Assembly: GCF_009914755.1 (NCBI RefSeq)
Contig: NC_060935.1
DNA length: 64,000 nucleotides
Strand: one strand, 5' to 3'
From: the human T2T-CHM13v2.0 reference genome, Homo sapiens
The notes under the pieces were generated by a model. It was not told where the DNA came from. It saw only the letters and a program-made list of their open reading frames with translations, and did no database searches. Made by a program: the position numbers and the translations under genes. Below, piece by piece: positions 19,141-33,964 of this stretch (the first letter of the stretch is position 1; every line of letters starts with the position of its first letter).

Positions 19141-20083
19141 TAAAAAGGATTCCCACCCCCCACCCACCCAGTGGAGGCAAGACCCATGGAAGTCATGCCC
19201 AACCTGGACCACAGTTCCTGAGTTTCTCCATTCAGGCTATTCTGTGGCTGTGTAAAAGAACAGGTACTTGTCCCTGCTTGTTGGAAGAAACCTGGTTATT
19301 AATCCATACCCATCCCATGACTGTAATTAGGACACCTGGAATTTTTGGAAATAAAGTAGCTCTGTCCAGATCCCAGAAGGGTGTTTTCCTTATTATGCTA
19401 GTGAAAAGGTTTCAGTGCAGGAAATGGAAATGGCTGTAGATATTGTAAGCAGAAAGGTCTACAATAGAGAGAACTAAGAGCTTACAAAATGATTAGAAGA
19501 GCTGGAGGGGTGAGCTCTAGACTGAACTTCAGGAAGGATTTTTAGGAGACAACAGAACTGACCCAGCTGGGAGGCCACTACTTCTCAGCAACCATGGGAC
19601 AAACTTCAAGAACTCACTAAGTAGTTCAGACACCTGAGCTTGAACTCTGTCGCTTGTTATCCATGTAACCTTGAACACATTGCTTGAATTCTCAAGAATC
19701 AAGACAAGGAAGTTGGCATCATAGCCACTGCTTCTCTGTACCTATAATCTGGTTAATAGATTCATCACCACAATCTTTTTTAATCAAAAACAAACAAAGC
19801 TAAAACCAATTGGGAAACAGCCTCTGCCTCATCTAAACTTTTCAAATCTCACATAAGTACATTTCACTAGTAGAAAGTCATGTCCAGAACCCTAGCTGCG
19901 AGGGAGCTTAGAAATGCCATTTTTTAGCTTGTCAGGCTCTCAGTGCAGAAAGGCATACGAGAAACAAATTTATCACAGAAAGTCATTCTCTTGGAAATTG
20001 GGGCAACCTCAGCCAACACCTATTTGTCTGCATAGGCTCCAAGAGTAGTCATGAGTTTATGCTCATTACGCTCACTGGAAGAT

Positions 20084-20560
20084 GTAGTAGGCATTTGGCT
20101 GCCTTGTAAGTATACATCACTCCTTCTCTCTAACAATGCCCAGCTTTTAATTTATTAATTTCATTCGGATATCTACCGCTCCTCTAAGCAACACATGCCT
20201 TCGGAAAACTGACCCCAATTCCAGCTCCAGGGGTGGAACCTAATTAAATTAGCACATCCCATCTTTCTGGTCACAGACATTGGTCTAAAGGCAGGCATGT
20301 TAACAAAGCCAGAAGAATCATGATGAGAAGCAAGAATTCAAGAATTTTGCTTGAATTGCTGACACAAAAGCACTCTCATGTCTGCTTGATGTAATCAAGA
20401 AAACAAGTAGTCCTTGCTTCTGTCTTGCTACCATGGATGAAGCCAACCTGAGGAAAAAGCTCATACACAGAAGAGGGAAGAGCCTGGAATCTCAGAGAAA
20501 TAGAACTGGGCCCTGCTCAAACCTTACCTGAACTCTATATTAGAGTTATGTAGAAAGAGA
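20084..20560 (+). mobile_element. MLT1(J/K-like) LTR
   Basis: CCAGCTCCAGGGGTGGA, CATTGGTCTAAAGGCAGGCATGT, TCAACCTTACCTGAACTC. Confidence 0.5.
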
Positions 20561-21330
20561 TTGATTAATGGGTTTAGCAGCAGCTAAAGTGAATTGGAAA
20601 ACAGATTGGAAGAAAATATCCACAATGAATAACCAGATTCATGGAGAGGCAAAGGGATTGAAAATACAGATATGAACATAAAAGACATACAGAATACAGT
20701 GCTAAGGTCTAACGTATGTGTAAACAGAATCCTGGAAGGACAGGGGAGAAAATTTGAAAAAGCAGTATCTAAAGAGATAGTGGATGAAGAATTTCTAAAA
20801 CTGACAAAAGACAAAGCCCCAGATTCAGGACACATTGTGAAACCCACGCTGAATAAATACCACATTCAGGCAAATAATAGTAAATTATTTTTAAAAAATG
20901 ACAAAGAAACAATATCAAAAACAGTAAAGAATCGAGAGATTACCTTGACTGGAACAACAACAATGAGGCTGCCAGGTAACTTATCAGTGGAAACTGTAGA
21001 AGCCAGAGACAATGGAATATCTTCAAAGTTCTGAAAGAAAATAAGCGCTAATCCAGAATTTCATACCCAGCTAACATGTCCTTCTAAAGGATGAGATGAT
21101 TTAACTCCAGCAAACCCCTGTTAATGGAAAATACTGAAGGGTGTTCTTGAAGCAGAAGAATATAGGCATTCTAGACACAGGCATTAATGAAGAACATCAA
21201 AAAAGGGGGAAGGCTAGATAACTATTGTATTTTTAAAATAATAACAATAATGTAATAACATCTAATGGGTTTAAATATATACATTTAATATTCAATATAT
21301 TTTTATTACATATATTTATTGTTGTACATA

Positions 21331-21343
21331 ATATATATATGTG

Positions 21344-21375
<32 letters not shown>
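21331..21375. repeat. (TA)n(GA)n compound microsatellite
   Basis: Direct reading. Confidence 0.85.
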
Positions 21376-21786
21376 ATTAAAATATATAACAACAGTAACA
21401 TATAAGTCCAGACAAGAAATGAAGTTATTCTAAAGGTCCTTACATTGTCTGGAAAGAGAAAGAGTAATAATTTAGATTAGACATTGATAAGCCAGTGCAT
21501 ATTATAATTTCATGGGTCACTACTAAAGGAAGAGTAAAGGAATAGAATTACCAAGCTAACAGAAGGGGAAAATAAAATAATTGAAGAATTCAAAGAATTG
21601 AAATTATACAGATTGTGTAAGTGTGTCTTGGACACAGCTTAAGCTAAAACTAATAAGAAAAAGAACAGCAAATTAAACCCAAGGAAACAACCCAAGTAAT
21701 TAATCACACTGCTTTATTAAAAGAGAAAAAAAGTACATAATTATCTCAATAGGGGCACAAAAATCTTCTGATAAAAGTCAACATCC

Positions 21787-22069
21787 GGCCGGGTGCGGCA
21801 GCTCGGGCCTATAATCCCAGCACTCTGGGAGGCCGAGGCAGGCGGATCACGAGGTCAGGAGATCAAGACCAGCCTGACCAACATGGTGAAACCCCGTCTC
21901 TACTAAAAATACAACAAATTAGCTGGGTGTGGTGGCAGCCACCTGTAGTCCCAGCTACTCGGGAGGCTGAGGCAGGAGAATGGCATGAACCCGGGAAGCG
22001 GAGCTTGCAGTGAGCTGAGATTACGCCAGCCTGGGTGACAGAGCGAGACTCCTTCTCAGAAAAAAAAAA
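21787..22069 (+). mobile_element. AluS/Y
   Basis: TSD AAAAGTCAACATCC. Confidence 0.9.
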
Positions 22070-22371
22070 GTCAACATCCATTTATGATAATAATGCTTAG
22101 CAATCTAAGAGTAGAAGGGAATTCTCTTAATCTGATAAAGAATATCTACCCCAAACCTAGAGCAAACTCACATTTAATGGTGAAAACTTAAAAGCTTCTC
22201 TGCAACAGGGAACACAGTAGAATACCTGCTATCATCACTTCACCATTGTACTAGGAATCCTAGGTAAGTCAATAAGACAAGAAAAAGAAATTAAGTCTAA
22301 GGGTTGGAAAGGGATAAAAATGAATTATTCACAAACAGTATCAGTGTGGATTTAGAAACTTTTTAAAAGTA

Positions 22372-25027
22372 CAGGCATACCTCAGAGATATTATGGGTTC
22401 AATTCCAGACCACCACAATAAAGCAAATATTACAATAAAGTGAGTCACACAAATTTTTTTGTTTCCCATTGCATATAAAAGTTATGATTGGGCAGGAATG
22501 GTGGCTCACATCTGTAATCCCAGCACTTTGGGAGGCCAAGGTAGGTGGATTGCTTGAGCTCAGGAGTTCAAGGCTAGCTTGGGCAACATGGCAAACCCGT
22601 CTCTACAAAAATTACAAAAATTAGCTGGGCATGGTGGCACAAGCCTGTGGTCCTAGCTACTTAGGAGGCTGACAGGTGGAAGGATTACTGGAGCCCAATA
22701 GGTCAAGGCTGCAGTAAGCTTAGATCATGCCACTGTACGCCAGCCTAGGCAACAGAATGAGACCCTGTCTCAAAAAAAAAAAAAAAAGTTATGTTTACAC
22801 TACACTATAGTCTATTGTACAATAGCATAATGTCTAAAAATGTACATTCTTTAATTTAAAAATACTTTATTGCTGAAAATGCTAACAGTCATCTGAGTCT
22901 TCAGCGAGTTGTAATCCTTTTGCTGGTGGAGGGTCTTGCCTCAATATTGATGGCTGCTGACTGCTCAGGGTGGTGGTTGGTTGCTGAAGGCTAGGGTAAC
23001 TGTGACAATTTCTGAAAATAAGACAACAATGAAGTTTGCCACATAATTGACTCTTTCTTTCACAAAAGATTTCTCTATAGCATGCAACGCTGTTTGATGG
23101 GATTTTTACCCACAGTAAAACTTCTTTCAAAATTGGAGCCAATCCTCTCAAACCCTGCCGCTGCTTAATCAGCTAAGTTTACATAATTTTCTACCTCTTC
23201 TGTTGTCATTTCAACAGTGTTCACAGCATCTTCACCAGGAGTAGATTCCATTTCAAGAAACCACTTTCTTTGTTTATCCATAAGAAGCAACTTCAAGTTT
23301 AATCATAAGATTACAGCAATTCAGTCACATCTTGAGGCTCCACTTTTAATCCTAGTTCTCTTGCTGTTTCTGCCACATCAGTAATTACTCCCTCCACTGA
23401 AATCTTGAACCTGTCAGAGTCATGCATGAGGGCTGGAATCAACTTCTCCCAAATTCCCATTAATGTTGATATTTTGACCTCCTTCCATTAATCATAAATG
23501 TTCTTAATAGCATCTAGAATGGTGAATCCTTTATAGAATATTTTCGTTTTGCCCAGGTCCATCAGAGGAATCACTATGTATGGCAGCTATAGCCTTATGA
23601 AATGTATTTCTTCAATAAGACATGGAAGTCACACCTACTCCTTGATCTATGGGCTGCAGAATGAATGCTGTGTTAGCAAGCATGAAAACAACATGAATCT
23701 CCCGTACATCTCCATCAGAGAGCTCTTGAGTGACTAGGTGCATTGTCAATTAGCAGTAGTATTTTGAAAGGAGTCTTTTTTTTTTTTTTTTTTGAGCAGT
23801 AGGTCTCAACAGTGGGCTTAAGAGATTCAGTAAATCATGCTATAAACAGATGTGCTGTCATCCCAGCTTTGTTGTTCCATTTATAGAGCACAGGCTGAGT
23901 AAATGAGCACTGGCTTCAACTTAAAGTCACTAGCTGTATTCGTGCCTAACAAGAGAGTCGGCCTGTCCTTTGAAACTTCAAAGCCAGGCACTGACTTCCC
24001 CTCTCTAGCCATGAAAGTCCTAGATGGCATCTCCTTCCAAGAGAAGGCTGTTTCATCTACCTTGAAAGTCTGCTGTTTAGAGTAGCCACCTTCATCAGTG
24101 ATCTTAGCTAGATCTGGATAACTTGCTGTAGCTTCTCTATCAGCACTTGCTGCTTCACCTTGCCCTTTTACACTATGAAGATGGCTTCTTTCCTTAAACC
24201 TCATGAACCAACCTCTCCTAGCTTCTGACATTTCTTCTGCAGCTTCCTCACCTATCTCAGCCTTCGCAGAGCTGAAGAGAGTTAGGGCCTTGCTCTGGAT
24301 TAGTCTTTGGTTTAAGGGGATGTTGTGGCTGGTTTGATCTTCTATCCAGACCACTAAAACTTTCTCCATATCAGCAATAAGGCTATTTGACTTTCTTATC
24401 ATTCATATGTTCACTAAAGTAGCACTTTTAATTTCCTTCAAGAACTTTTCCTTTGCTTTCCCAACCTGGCTAACTGTTTGGGGCAACAGGCCTAGTCTTC
24501 AGCCTATCTCAGCTTTTGACATGCCTTCCTCACTAAGCTTAATCATTTCTAGCTTTGAATTTAAAGTGAGAGACTTGCAACTCTTCCTTTCACTTGAACA
24601 CACAGAGGCTACTGTAGGATTATAATTTCAATATTGTTTTGTTTCAGGGAATAGGGAGGCCTGAGGAGAGGGGGAGAGATGGGAGACGGGCCAGTCAGTG
24701 GAGTAGTGAGAATATACACAACATTTATTAAATTTGCGAGCTTACATAGGCATGGTTTGTGGTACCCCAAAACAATGACAATAGTAACATCAAAGATAAC
24801 TGATTACAGATCACCCTAACAGATATAATAATTAACAGGTGTGAAATACTGCAAGAATTACCAAAATGTGACACACAGACATGAAGTGAACACATGCTGT
24901 TGGAAAAATGGCGCCAACAGACTTGCTCAATGCAAGATTGCCACAAACCTTCAATTTGTAAAAAAAAAAAAAATGCAGTATCTGTGAAGGACAGCAAGGC
25001 AAAGTACAGTAAAACAAGCTATGCTTG
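22372..25027 (-). mobile_element. Near full-length Tigger1 DNA transposon with decayed transposase; AluJ inserted at 22489-22787
   Basis: TA + TIR CAGGCATACCT at 22370-22382; degenerate TIR AGCTATGCTTG ending 25027; ORF 23881-24402(-) [30 protein letters not shown]...[20 protein letters not shown] is Tigger1/TIGD1-like. Confidence 0.92.
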
Positions 25028-25039
25028 TCCAGATAAAGT

Positions 25040-25405
25040 CATTACAATTAATATGGCTAACTGTACTATTGTTCACAAATATTCTACGTGCCTCCCTGCC
25101 TTGTTAAACTTAAACATACCTATGTGATTTACTTTGGCTAAGTGGTGTGTGTATCTTCTGGGAAGAAGCTTTAGGAGCCAGCTCAGGGTTAACCATGTTC
25201 TCTGTTTTCTGTACGTATGAGAATCTTGAAGCATGTGCTGAGACAGATCCTCTATCAGTCTGGGTCCATGAGCGACTTCAAAGGGCAGGGCTTCCATGCA
25301 GATCTGTAGTGGATTTATAGTGTAAGTGAAAGGCAAATGCTGTTTAAAGAAGTGAAAGTTTTTGTTTTTTACTGTAGCATAACCTAGCTTATCCTGATGG
25401 ACACA
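25040..25405 (+). mobile_element. MLT1(I/J-like) LTR
   Basis: ATGTGATTTACTTTGGC, GAAGCTTTAGGAGCCAG, ACTGTAGCATAACCTAGCTTATCCTGA. Confidence 0.6.
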
Positions 25406-25482
25406 CTTGAGGTTTCTGGATGTGAGAAACATCAAATGTATTTCTATAAAGTAACAGCAACAAATAGGAAGTTTAAAAAAAA

Positions 25483-25778
25483 ATTTTTTTTTTGAGGGAC
25501 AGGATCTTGCTTTTTTACCCAGGCTGGAATGCAGTGGCATGATCACCATTTACTGCAGTCTCAAACTCCTGGGCTCAAGTGATCCTCTTGCCTCAGCCTC
25601 TCGAGCAGCTGGGATTACAGATGCATGCCACCATACTCAGCTAATTAAAAAAAAAAAATTTGTAGAGACAGGTTCTTGCTATGTTGCCTAGGCTGGTCTT
25701 GAACTCCTGGGCTCAAGTGATCCTCCCACCTTGGCCTCCAAAGTGCTGTAACTACAGGCATGTGCCACTGCACCCAGC
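25483..25778 (-). mobile_element. AluJ
   Basis: Reverse-complement Alu dimer. Confidence 0.88.
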
Positions 25779-26247
25779 TGAAAGTAAAAATTTAAAGGTA
25801 CTGTTTGTAATAGCATAAAAAATAGTGAGTACCTTTGGGACAAATATAATAAAATATGTGAAAGACCTCTACCCAGGAAACAATAAGACATTAGAGAATT
25901 AAAGAAGATCTAAATTAATGAATATAACATATTCATGGATTCAAAGACTCAATATTATGAAGATGCCAACATTTCTCACATTGATCTACAGATTAAATGC
26001 AATCTCAATAAAAAATATTAGCAGTGTTGTTCATGGAAATTGACAAGCTGATTCTATAATATATGGAAATGCAAAGAATAAAAAATAGTCAAGACATTCT
26101 TAAAAAGAAGAACAAGATGGAAATACTATTAAGTATCAAGACTTATTATAAAGCTACAGCAATTAACTTTGATATTGGCACATAGGTAAACAAATAGACC
26201 AATCCCCTTTCTGCGGGTCCAGAAAGGGACCCACATATGTAGAACCT

Positions 26248-26552
<305 letters not shown>

Positions 26553-27573
26553 GACCCTTCATTTTTGAAAAAGGTAGTGCTTCAGAGTAGTGGAGAAAGG
26601 GCAATCCTTTCAATAAACAGAATTGGGTCCTTTTTTCTTTAAGTTTTTCTTCTCTTTACCTACTGTCTATTTCTTCCATGTTTTAGCCATTGGATATCCA
26701 TATTTTTTAAAAAAACTTAAAAATAAAACAACAAAACACCGTATACATTTAAAAAAAATCAATCCAGGTGGATCATGGATCAAAATGTGAAGGGTAGAAC
26801 AATTAATCCTCTAAAGATAATATAGGAAAATATCTTTATAACCTTTTCTATGGTAAGGAAAGATTTCTTAAATAGGATTCAAAAAACACTAAACATAGAA
26901 GAAAAGATTGGATTACGTCAAAATTTAAAACTTCTATTCATCAAAATTCACCATTAACAGAGTATAGGCAAAGCACAGAGTGAAAGATACCGTGATATGT
27001 ATTACCAACTAGTAGTTATATCCAGAATATATAAAAAACTATTATAAGCCAAGAAGAAAAGAGCTGAAAAACTAATAGAAAAATGGGCAAGAAACTTGAA
27101 CGGGCACTTCATCAGAAAGGATATCCAAGTAGTCAATACACATATGAAAAAACATTCGACATCATTAGTCATCATGGAAATGCAAATTAAAACCACAACA
27201 AGATACCACTGGATTCCCACCAGAATGGCTAAAAATAAGAAGATTGATGATATCAAGTGTTGTCCAGGATGCAGCACAAGAAGAACACTCATCTCATGCT
27301 GATGGGAGTGAAAATTGATATAACCACTCTGGAAAAGAGTTTGACACATGCTACCTGCCAGCAATTCTTCTCCTATGTATACATGCCCAGCAGAAATGTA
27401 TGTACACTCACACAAAAAACTCTCAAAGGATGTTCTTAGCACCATTATTCATAATAACCAAAGACTGGTAATAACCCAAATACCCATCAACAGCAGAAAA
27501 AAAAAAAAAAAAAAAAAAGCTTCATATTACATGGTATATTCATACTATTCAGCAATTAAAATTAATGGACTTC

Positions 27574-27858
27574 AGCCGGGCATGGTGGCACATGCCTGTA
27601 ATCCCAGCAATTTGGGAGGCTGAGGCAGGAGGATTGCCTGAGCTCAGGAATTTGAGACTAGCCTAGACAACATGGTGAAACCCCATCTCTACAAATACAA
27701 AAGTTAGCCAAGCACAGTGGTGCATGCCTGTAGTCCCAGCTACTTGGGAAACTGAGGTGGGAGGATCACTTGAGAGGCTGCGGTGAGCCAAGATCATGCC
27801 ACTGCACTCCAGCCTGGGCAACAGAGTGAGACCCTGTCTCAAAAATTTTAAAAAATAA
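27574..27858 (+). mobile_element. AluJ with short right-arm deletion
   Basis: Alu dimer; TSD AAAATTAATGGA / AAAATTAATGAA. Confidence 0.85.
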
Positions 27859-27973
27859 AATTAATGAATGTCAGCTACATTTTAATAAATGGACGAATTT
27901 TACAAAGTTAATGTTGAGCAAAATAATACACACCATATGATTTCATTTGTAATAAGTTCAAGAATAGGCCATT

Positions 27974-28472
<499 letters not shown>

Positions 28473-28949
28473 GAAACAACAAAATTAATTTATGGTGTTA
28501 GAAGTTGGGATAGTGATGGTTTGGGGTTTAGGAAAATGGGGAAGTGGAGCTCGGGGGCATGAGAGGGTTGTAGGGTCCCAGTGCTGTTCTGTTCCTTGGC
28601 CTGGTTGGGAAGTATTTCCAGCCTGTGATGATAGTTCACCGACCTACAAGTATACTTGGGATTTGTGCACTTCGTTGTTTACGTCTTATGTTTCATTTTA
28701 AAAAACTAAAACGCTTACTAGAAAGTGCTAGATAATAAAACTGAGGAAATCTTCCAAAAACAAAGCAAAAACAAAAAACAGAGATGGAAAAAATGAGTGA
28801 ACAAAGAGATGCAGAACATATAATTTCTCAATAATAGATGTTCCAGAAAGAGAAACAGAGAAAAAGAAGGGAAGGAAACATCCAAGGGATAACTTGAGAA
28901 AAATTCTTAGAACTAAAGCTCATGAATTTCCAAATAAATTGAAAGGGCC

Positions 28950-29058
28950 TGTTTCTCCATGTTGGTCAGGCTCGTCTCGAACTCCTGACCTCAGGTGATT
29001 CACCTGCCTCGGCCTCCCAAAGTGCTTGGATTATAGGCGTGAGCCACTGCACCTGGCC
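28950..29058 (-). mobile_element. Alu left-arm fragment fused to an L1 ORF1 fragment (~28720-28950)
   Basis: L1 ...TTGAAAGGGCC abuts mid-Alu TGTTTCTCCATGTTGG with no tail, consistent with a deletion junction. Confidence 0.7.
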
Positions 29059-30574
29059 CAGGATTGCTATTTTTTGTAGCAAATTTTATAGAACTGACTC
29101 TTTATGAGCATTCCAACTTTCATAACAACACAGCTAAAAGCAAAACATGATACTTTGATTGTGTGATCAGATGGGTCGATTAAGGTATCTCCACCTCCCC
29201 AGAAATGATGCCAAAGATAAGCATTTATTAAGAATGACGGGATGCTCACAATATCATGTTAAATGGAAAAAGCAGACTACAAAATGATGTGCATATTAAT
29301 TCTGCTTTAAAAATTAGATGTAGAAGTGTGTGTGTACATAGAAGAAAGTCTGAAGGATACACACCAAAATGTTTGGAGTTACTCTTTCTTCTTGATGGGT
29401 GGAGAGGGGGTATTTTCTTCCATTTGTTTATGTTTGTAGCCCATATTTCTGCCATCTCAGTATCCTCAAATCTTCCAGATTAACGGGATCATGCTTTCTT
29501 TTAACATTGAAATAAAAATGGCTGAAATATTCGTCCTATGTCTTGTGCAAAGTCCATGGCCCTCCCCCAACACCGCTGCAAATTTCCTGGTGCTAGTAGC
29601 TGTCATGTTCACTCCAGTTTCCTCTTCCTGCTGCTCTCGATTTCCCTGGCATCCTGCTTTCTGCAGCTGTTCCCTTCTGTCTGCCCCTAGTTAACCCAAA
29701 TATGGAACACTGCCCCTTTTCTTTGACTTCCCCCAAGGAGTATCTTACATGAGGCACTGCTGAGGGGCTACAGCCCTACATGGTACTATAGACAACTTAA
29801 AATCTACATGAACATCTCTGTTCTGACGTGTCCTGGCTGACCCTGCTTCTGGGAGATTTTCACTGGACGCTCACCAGGGGAGAGGGATGGCCTCACTTCT
29901 GCCCCCTCCAGGCTCCACTCTGTGCCTTCAGGATACTCACCTGCCACCAAGAGGACACAACAAAATCCTCAGGTTCTTTGTTTTCATATGCAGAGTATGA
30001 GGCCCTCCCTCACAAAATCCACTTCTTCCAGCAATAAGATCTTGTCTTTTATGTTGGAAATTTCATCAAGAAACCTTTTGAGAGTCATCTCCTCCAACTT
30101 GAAAAAGCAGCAGGAGTCGGTTCTGGTTGTCTTCCCACTCCGTGCATAATGATTGCGCATTTTCTATCATGACTGTGCATTGTTTTTGTAATTCAACTAT
30201 TTTCAGCAAGAGAAGTATCAAAAGAAATCAGGAGTGGTTGTTGAAGCAGCATCCACCTGTGAGCAGGTGTAAACATCAAGTCCCAAGGGTCCAGCAACTA
30301 CCCAAAACCTCCTGCTTTGTGCCAGGCTGAGGGAATGTTCACTAAGGCAGTGTGGCAGGTGGAGGCCAGGGCAGGCCCAGAGTTCCCTGGGGCTGCTGAG
30401 CCCAGTGTGGGCAGGTTGGCAACAGGACTCCAAAGAGACATGTAGCCAGTACAAACCATGCCCCAGCTAAGCGTGATGCCTTCCCCTTTCTTCCATATTG
30501 ATATCACCTGCTCCAGGCCTGGCACAGGTGCAGCACCTTCCCCAGAAGCCTTCCCTGACGGCCTCCTTCTTCAC

Positions 30575-30740
30575 CAGCTCTAGTATTTATCAGCTGTGTG
30601 GCAAGTTAGTTCACCTCCCCCATGCCTTGGTTTCCCCACCTATAAAATGAGGATAAGAATGTTTGTAAGAATCAAATGAGTAATATTTGTAAAGTACTTG
30701 TAACGGTGCTTGGCTTAGAGTTAGTACTCTATCATGTTAC
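30575..30740. mobile_element. MIR SINE
   Basis: GGCAAGTTAGTTCACCTC..CCTTGGTTTCCCCACCTATAAAATGAGGATAA. Confidence 0.7.
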
Positions 30741-31109
30741 TCATCATCACCATCACCATTATGATTTCCACCATGCCCATGGAATCTGCCCTTGATCAAG
30801 ACATCCACTTGGTCTTGTGTGGGAGGCTGCCTAGGGGAAGCAGGGCCTGATATTATTTATTTCTGTTCACATCCCAGCCAGCAAAGGTGCCAGCACTGAA
30901 TTTATGCTCAGTACCTACCTGGCTGATTAAACTTTGGAAAGAAGCAGCAGGCCAGTTAAGAAACCACATGCAAGCATAACTGTCCTGAAACCCTACTTAG
31001 TTCTGTGACGTCCCTTCTTAGAAATTCTGAGTTTTCTTTCCCTAGACATGGTCACTATTTCTACCTAGATTCTTTCATAACCCACTCATCAGAGAAATGT
31101 AAGAACCAA

Positions 31110-32740
31110 AGTAAGACCTTTATCAGGAAAACTATAAAACACTGATGAAAGAAATAGAAGAGGATACAAACAAATGGAAAGCTATCCTATGCTCATGGAT
31201 TGGAAGAATTAATATTGTTAAAATGACCATACTGCACAAAGCAATCTACAGATTCAATGCAATCCCTATCAAAATATCAATGTCATTTTTCAAAGAAATA
31301 GAAAAAAAAATCCAAAAATTCATATGGATCCAAAAAAGAGCCAGAATAGCCAAAATGATCCTAAGCAAAAAGAATGAAGTTGGCAAGCCAGGCACGGTGA
31401 CTCACGCCTGTAGCCCTGGCACTTTGGAAGGCCAAGGTGGGCGGATTGCTTGAGCTCAGGAGTTCGAGACCAGCCTAGGCAACATGGCAAAACCCCGTCT
31501 CTACCAAAAATACAACAATTAGCCGGACATGGTGGTGCATACCTGTAGTCCCAGCTACTCAGGAGGCTGAAGCAGGAGGATCAGTCGAACCTGGGACGCA
31601 GAGCAGAGGTTGCAGTGAGCTGTGATCACACCACCACACTCCAGCGTGGGCAGCAAAGCCAGATCCTGTCTCAAAAAAAAGAAAAAGAATAATGTTGGAA
31701 GCATCATACTACCTGACTTCAAAATATATTACAAGGCTATAAGTAACCGAAACAGCATAGTATTAGTATAAACATAGACATGGACCAATGGAACAGAATA
31801 GAGAGCCCAGAAATAAAGCTACATATTTATAGCCAACTGATTCTCAACAAAGGCACCAAGAACATACACTGGGGAAAGGACACCCTCTTTAATAAGTGGT
31901 GCTGGAAAAATTGGATATTTATATGCAAAAGAATGAAACTGGGCCCCTATTTCTCACCATATACAAAATCCATCCTGAGTTCAAGATGGATTAAATACTT
32001 AAAAGACCTGAAGCTATAAATTACTAGAACAAAACAGGGAAAACACTTCAGAACATTGTTCTAGGCAAAGATTTTATGGCTAAGACCTCAAAAGCATAGA
32101 GAACTAAAACGAAAATAGACAAATAGGACTATATTAAACTAAAAAGCTTCTACGAAGCAAAGGAAACAATCAACAGAGTGAAGGGGCAGCCAGCTGAACA
32201 GGAGAAAGTATTTGCAAACTATTTATCTGGATATTAGTCCCAGATAATATCCAGAATATGCGAGGAACTCAACTCAACGGAAAAATAAACACATTAAAAA
32301 TGGGCAATGGACACAAACACAATTCTCAAGAAAAGACAAACAAAAAAAAGAAAAAAACGAAAACAAATCAAGAAAAGACAAACAAATGGCCAAGTCTGTT
32401 AAAAAAAATACTCAACATCATGTAACAAACCTGCATGTTCTGCATATGTACCCCAGAACTTAAAGTATAATAAAAAAAAAAACTCAACATCACTAGTCAT
32501 CAGGGAAATGCAAATAAAACCACAGTGAGGTATCCTCTTAACATCCGTTAAAATGGTTATTATTAAAAAGACAAAATATACAAATGCAAGTGAGAATGTG
32601 GAGAAAAGGGAACTCTTACACACTCTTGGTGGGGAATGTAAATTAGTACAACCACTATGGAAAACAGTATGAAGATTTCTCAAAAAACTAAAAATAGAAC
32701 TACCATGTGATCCAGCAACCCCACTACTGGTTATCTCTAC
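31110..32740 (+). mobile_element. L1MA-type ORF2 3' fragment, containing an AluJ at 31386-31685
   Basis: ORFs 31145-31453 ([26 protein letters not shown]) and 31780-32019 ([11 protein letters not shown]...[10 protein letters not shown]) are L1 ORF2p. Confidence 0.9.
32421..32481 (+). mobile_element. Severely 5'-truncated L1PA 3' end (~50 bp plus A-tail)
   Basis: TGTAACAAACCTGCATGTTCTGCATATGTACCCCAGAACTTAAAGTATAATAAAAA; TSD ACTCAACATCA at 32410-32420 / 32482-32492. Confidence 0.88.
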
Positions 32741-32741
32741 A

Positions 32742-32869
32742 AAGCAGACCCTCACCAGATACCAAATTTGCTGGTGCCTTGATCTTGGACTTCCTAGCCT
32801 CCAGAACTGTGAAAATAAATGTTTGTAGTTTATGGTATTTTGTTATAGCAGCCTAAGGTGACTAAGACA
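32742..32869 (+). mobile_element. MLT1A-type LTR 3' fragment
   Basis: GCTGGTGCCTTGATCTTGGACTTCCTAGCCTCCAGAACTGTGA...GACTAAGACA. Confidence 0.75.
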
Positions 32870-33559
32870 TCTATTTCTAAACATTTAAATCCTCCTTTGT
32901 AGGACAAAGTTTTGCCAGCACAAGGAGTGTATTAGGTAATCAGTCTGGAAGTGAAGACCCAACCAGAGATACAAAAGGGCTTTGAGCAACGGCAGAATTA
33001 TTGGAATAAGTGTGTGCTCCCAAGCCAACTCTCTTGAGAGGAATATTGCATTTGCTACAAAACCAACCTAGTTGTTTCCAGTCAGTCCTCTGCAGAAAAG
33101 CTACACAACCATGAAGATTGAGGAGCAGCAGCTGAGCAGTGGGTGGCTTAACTTTGTCTAAAAACAAAAACAAAAGTGAACACAAAGTCTGAGTTACCTA
33201 GTAAGTAGGGATTTGAATGAGGTGAAGTGTTAAGTTCCAAATGTGTCCTATGTCAAAGCAGCCTTGGAATCGCATATTTATCTTTATCACCAGGGCTCAG
33301 AGTTTGTGTTGGAAATAGAAGAAAACACCCAGATACATGTTTTCCACCTAAGTGCTGTAACTGAGGGAATATAGTGTGGCTCCAGTGGGGTCATAGCTCA
33401 GAGGCACCCAGGTCCTTCCCAGGAGAGTCAGTGGCTTCTTGCTGTTCTAGTTGCCCTGGCCTTGAGTACAGCCCTCTGATCACAGCCCTGGGGATTCCCT
33501 CCATCTGGTCACCCTGATCCAAAGCTGGAGGAGGTTGGTGAATGGCAGTTCTCAGGTCA

Positions 33560-33964
<405 letters not shown>

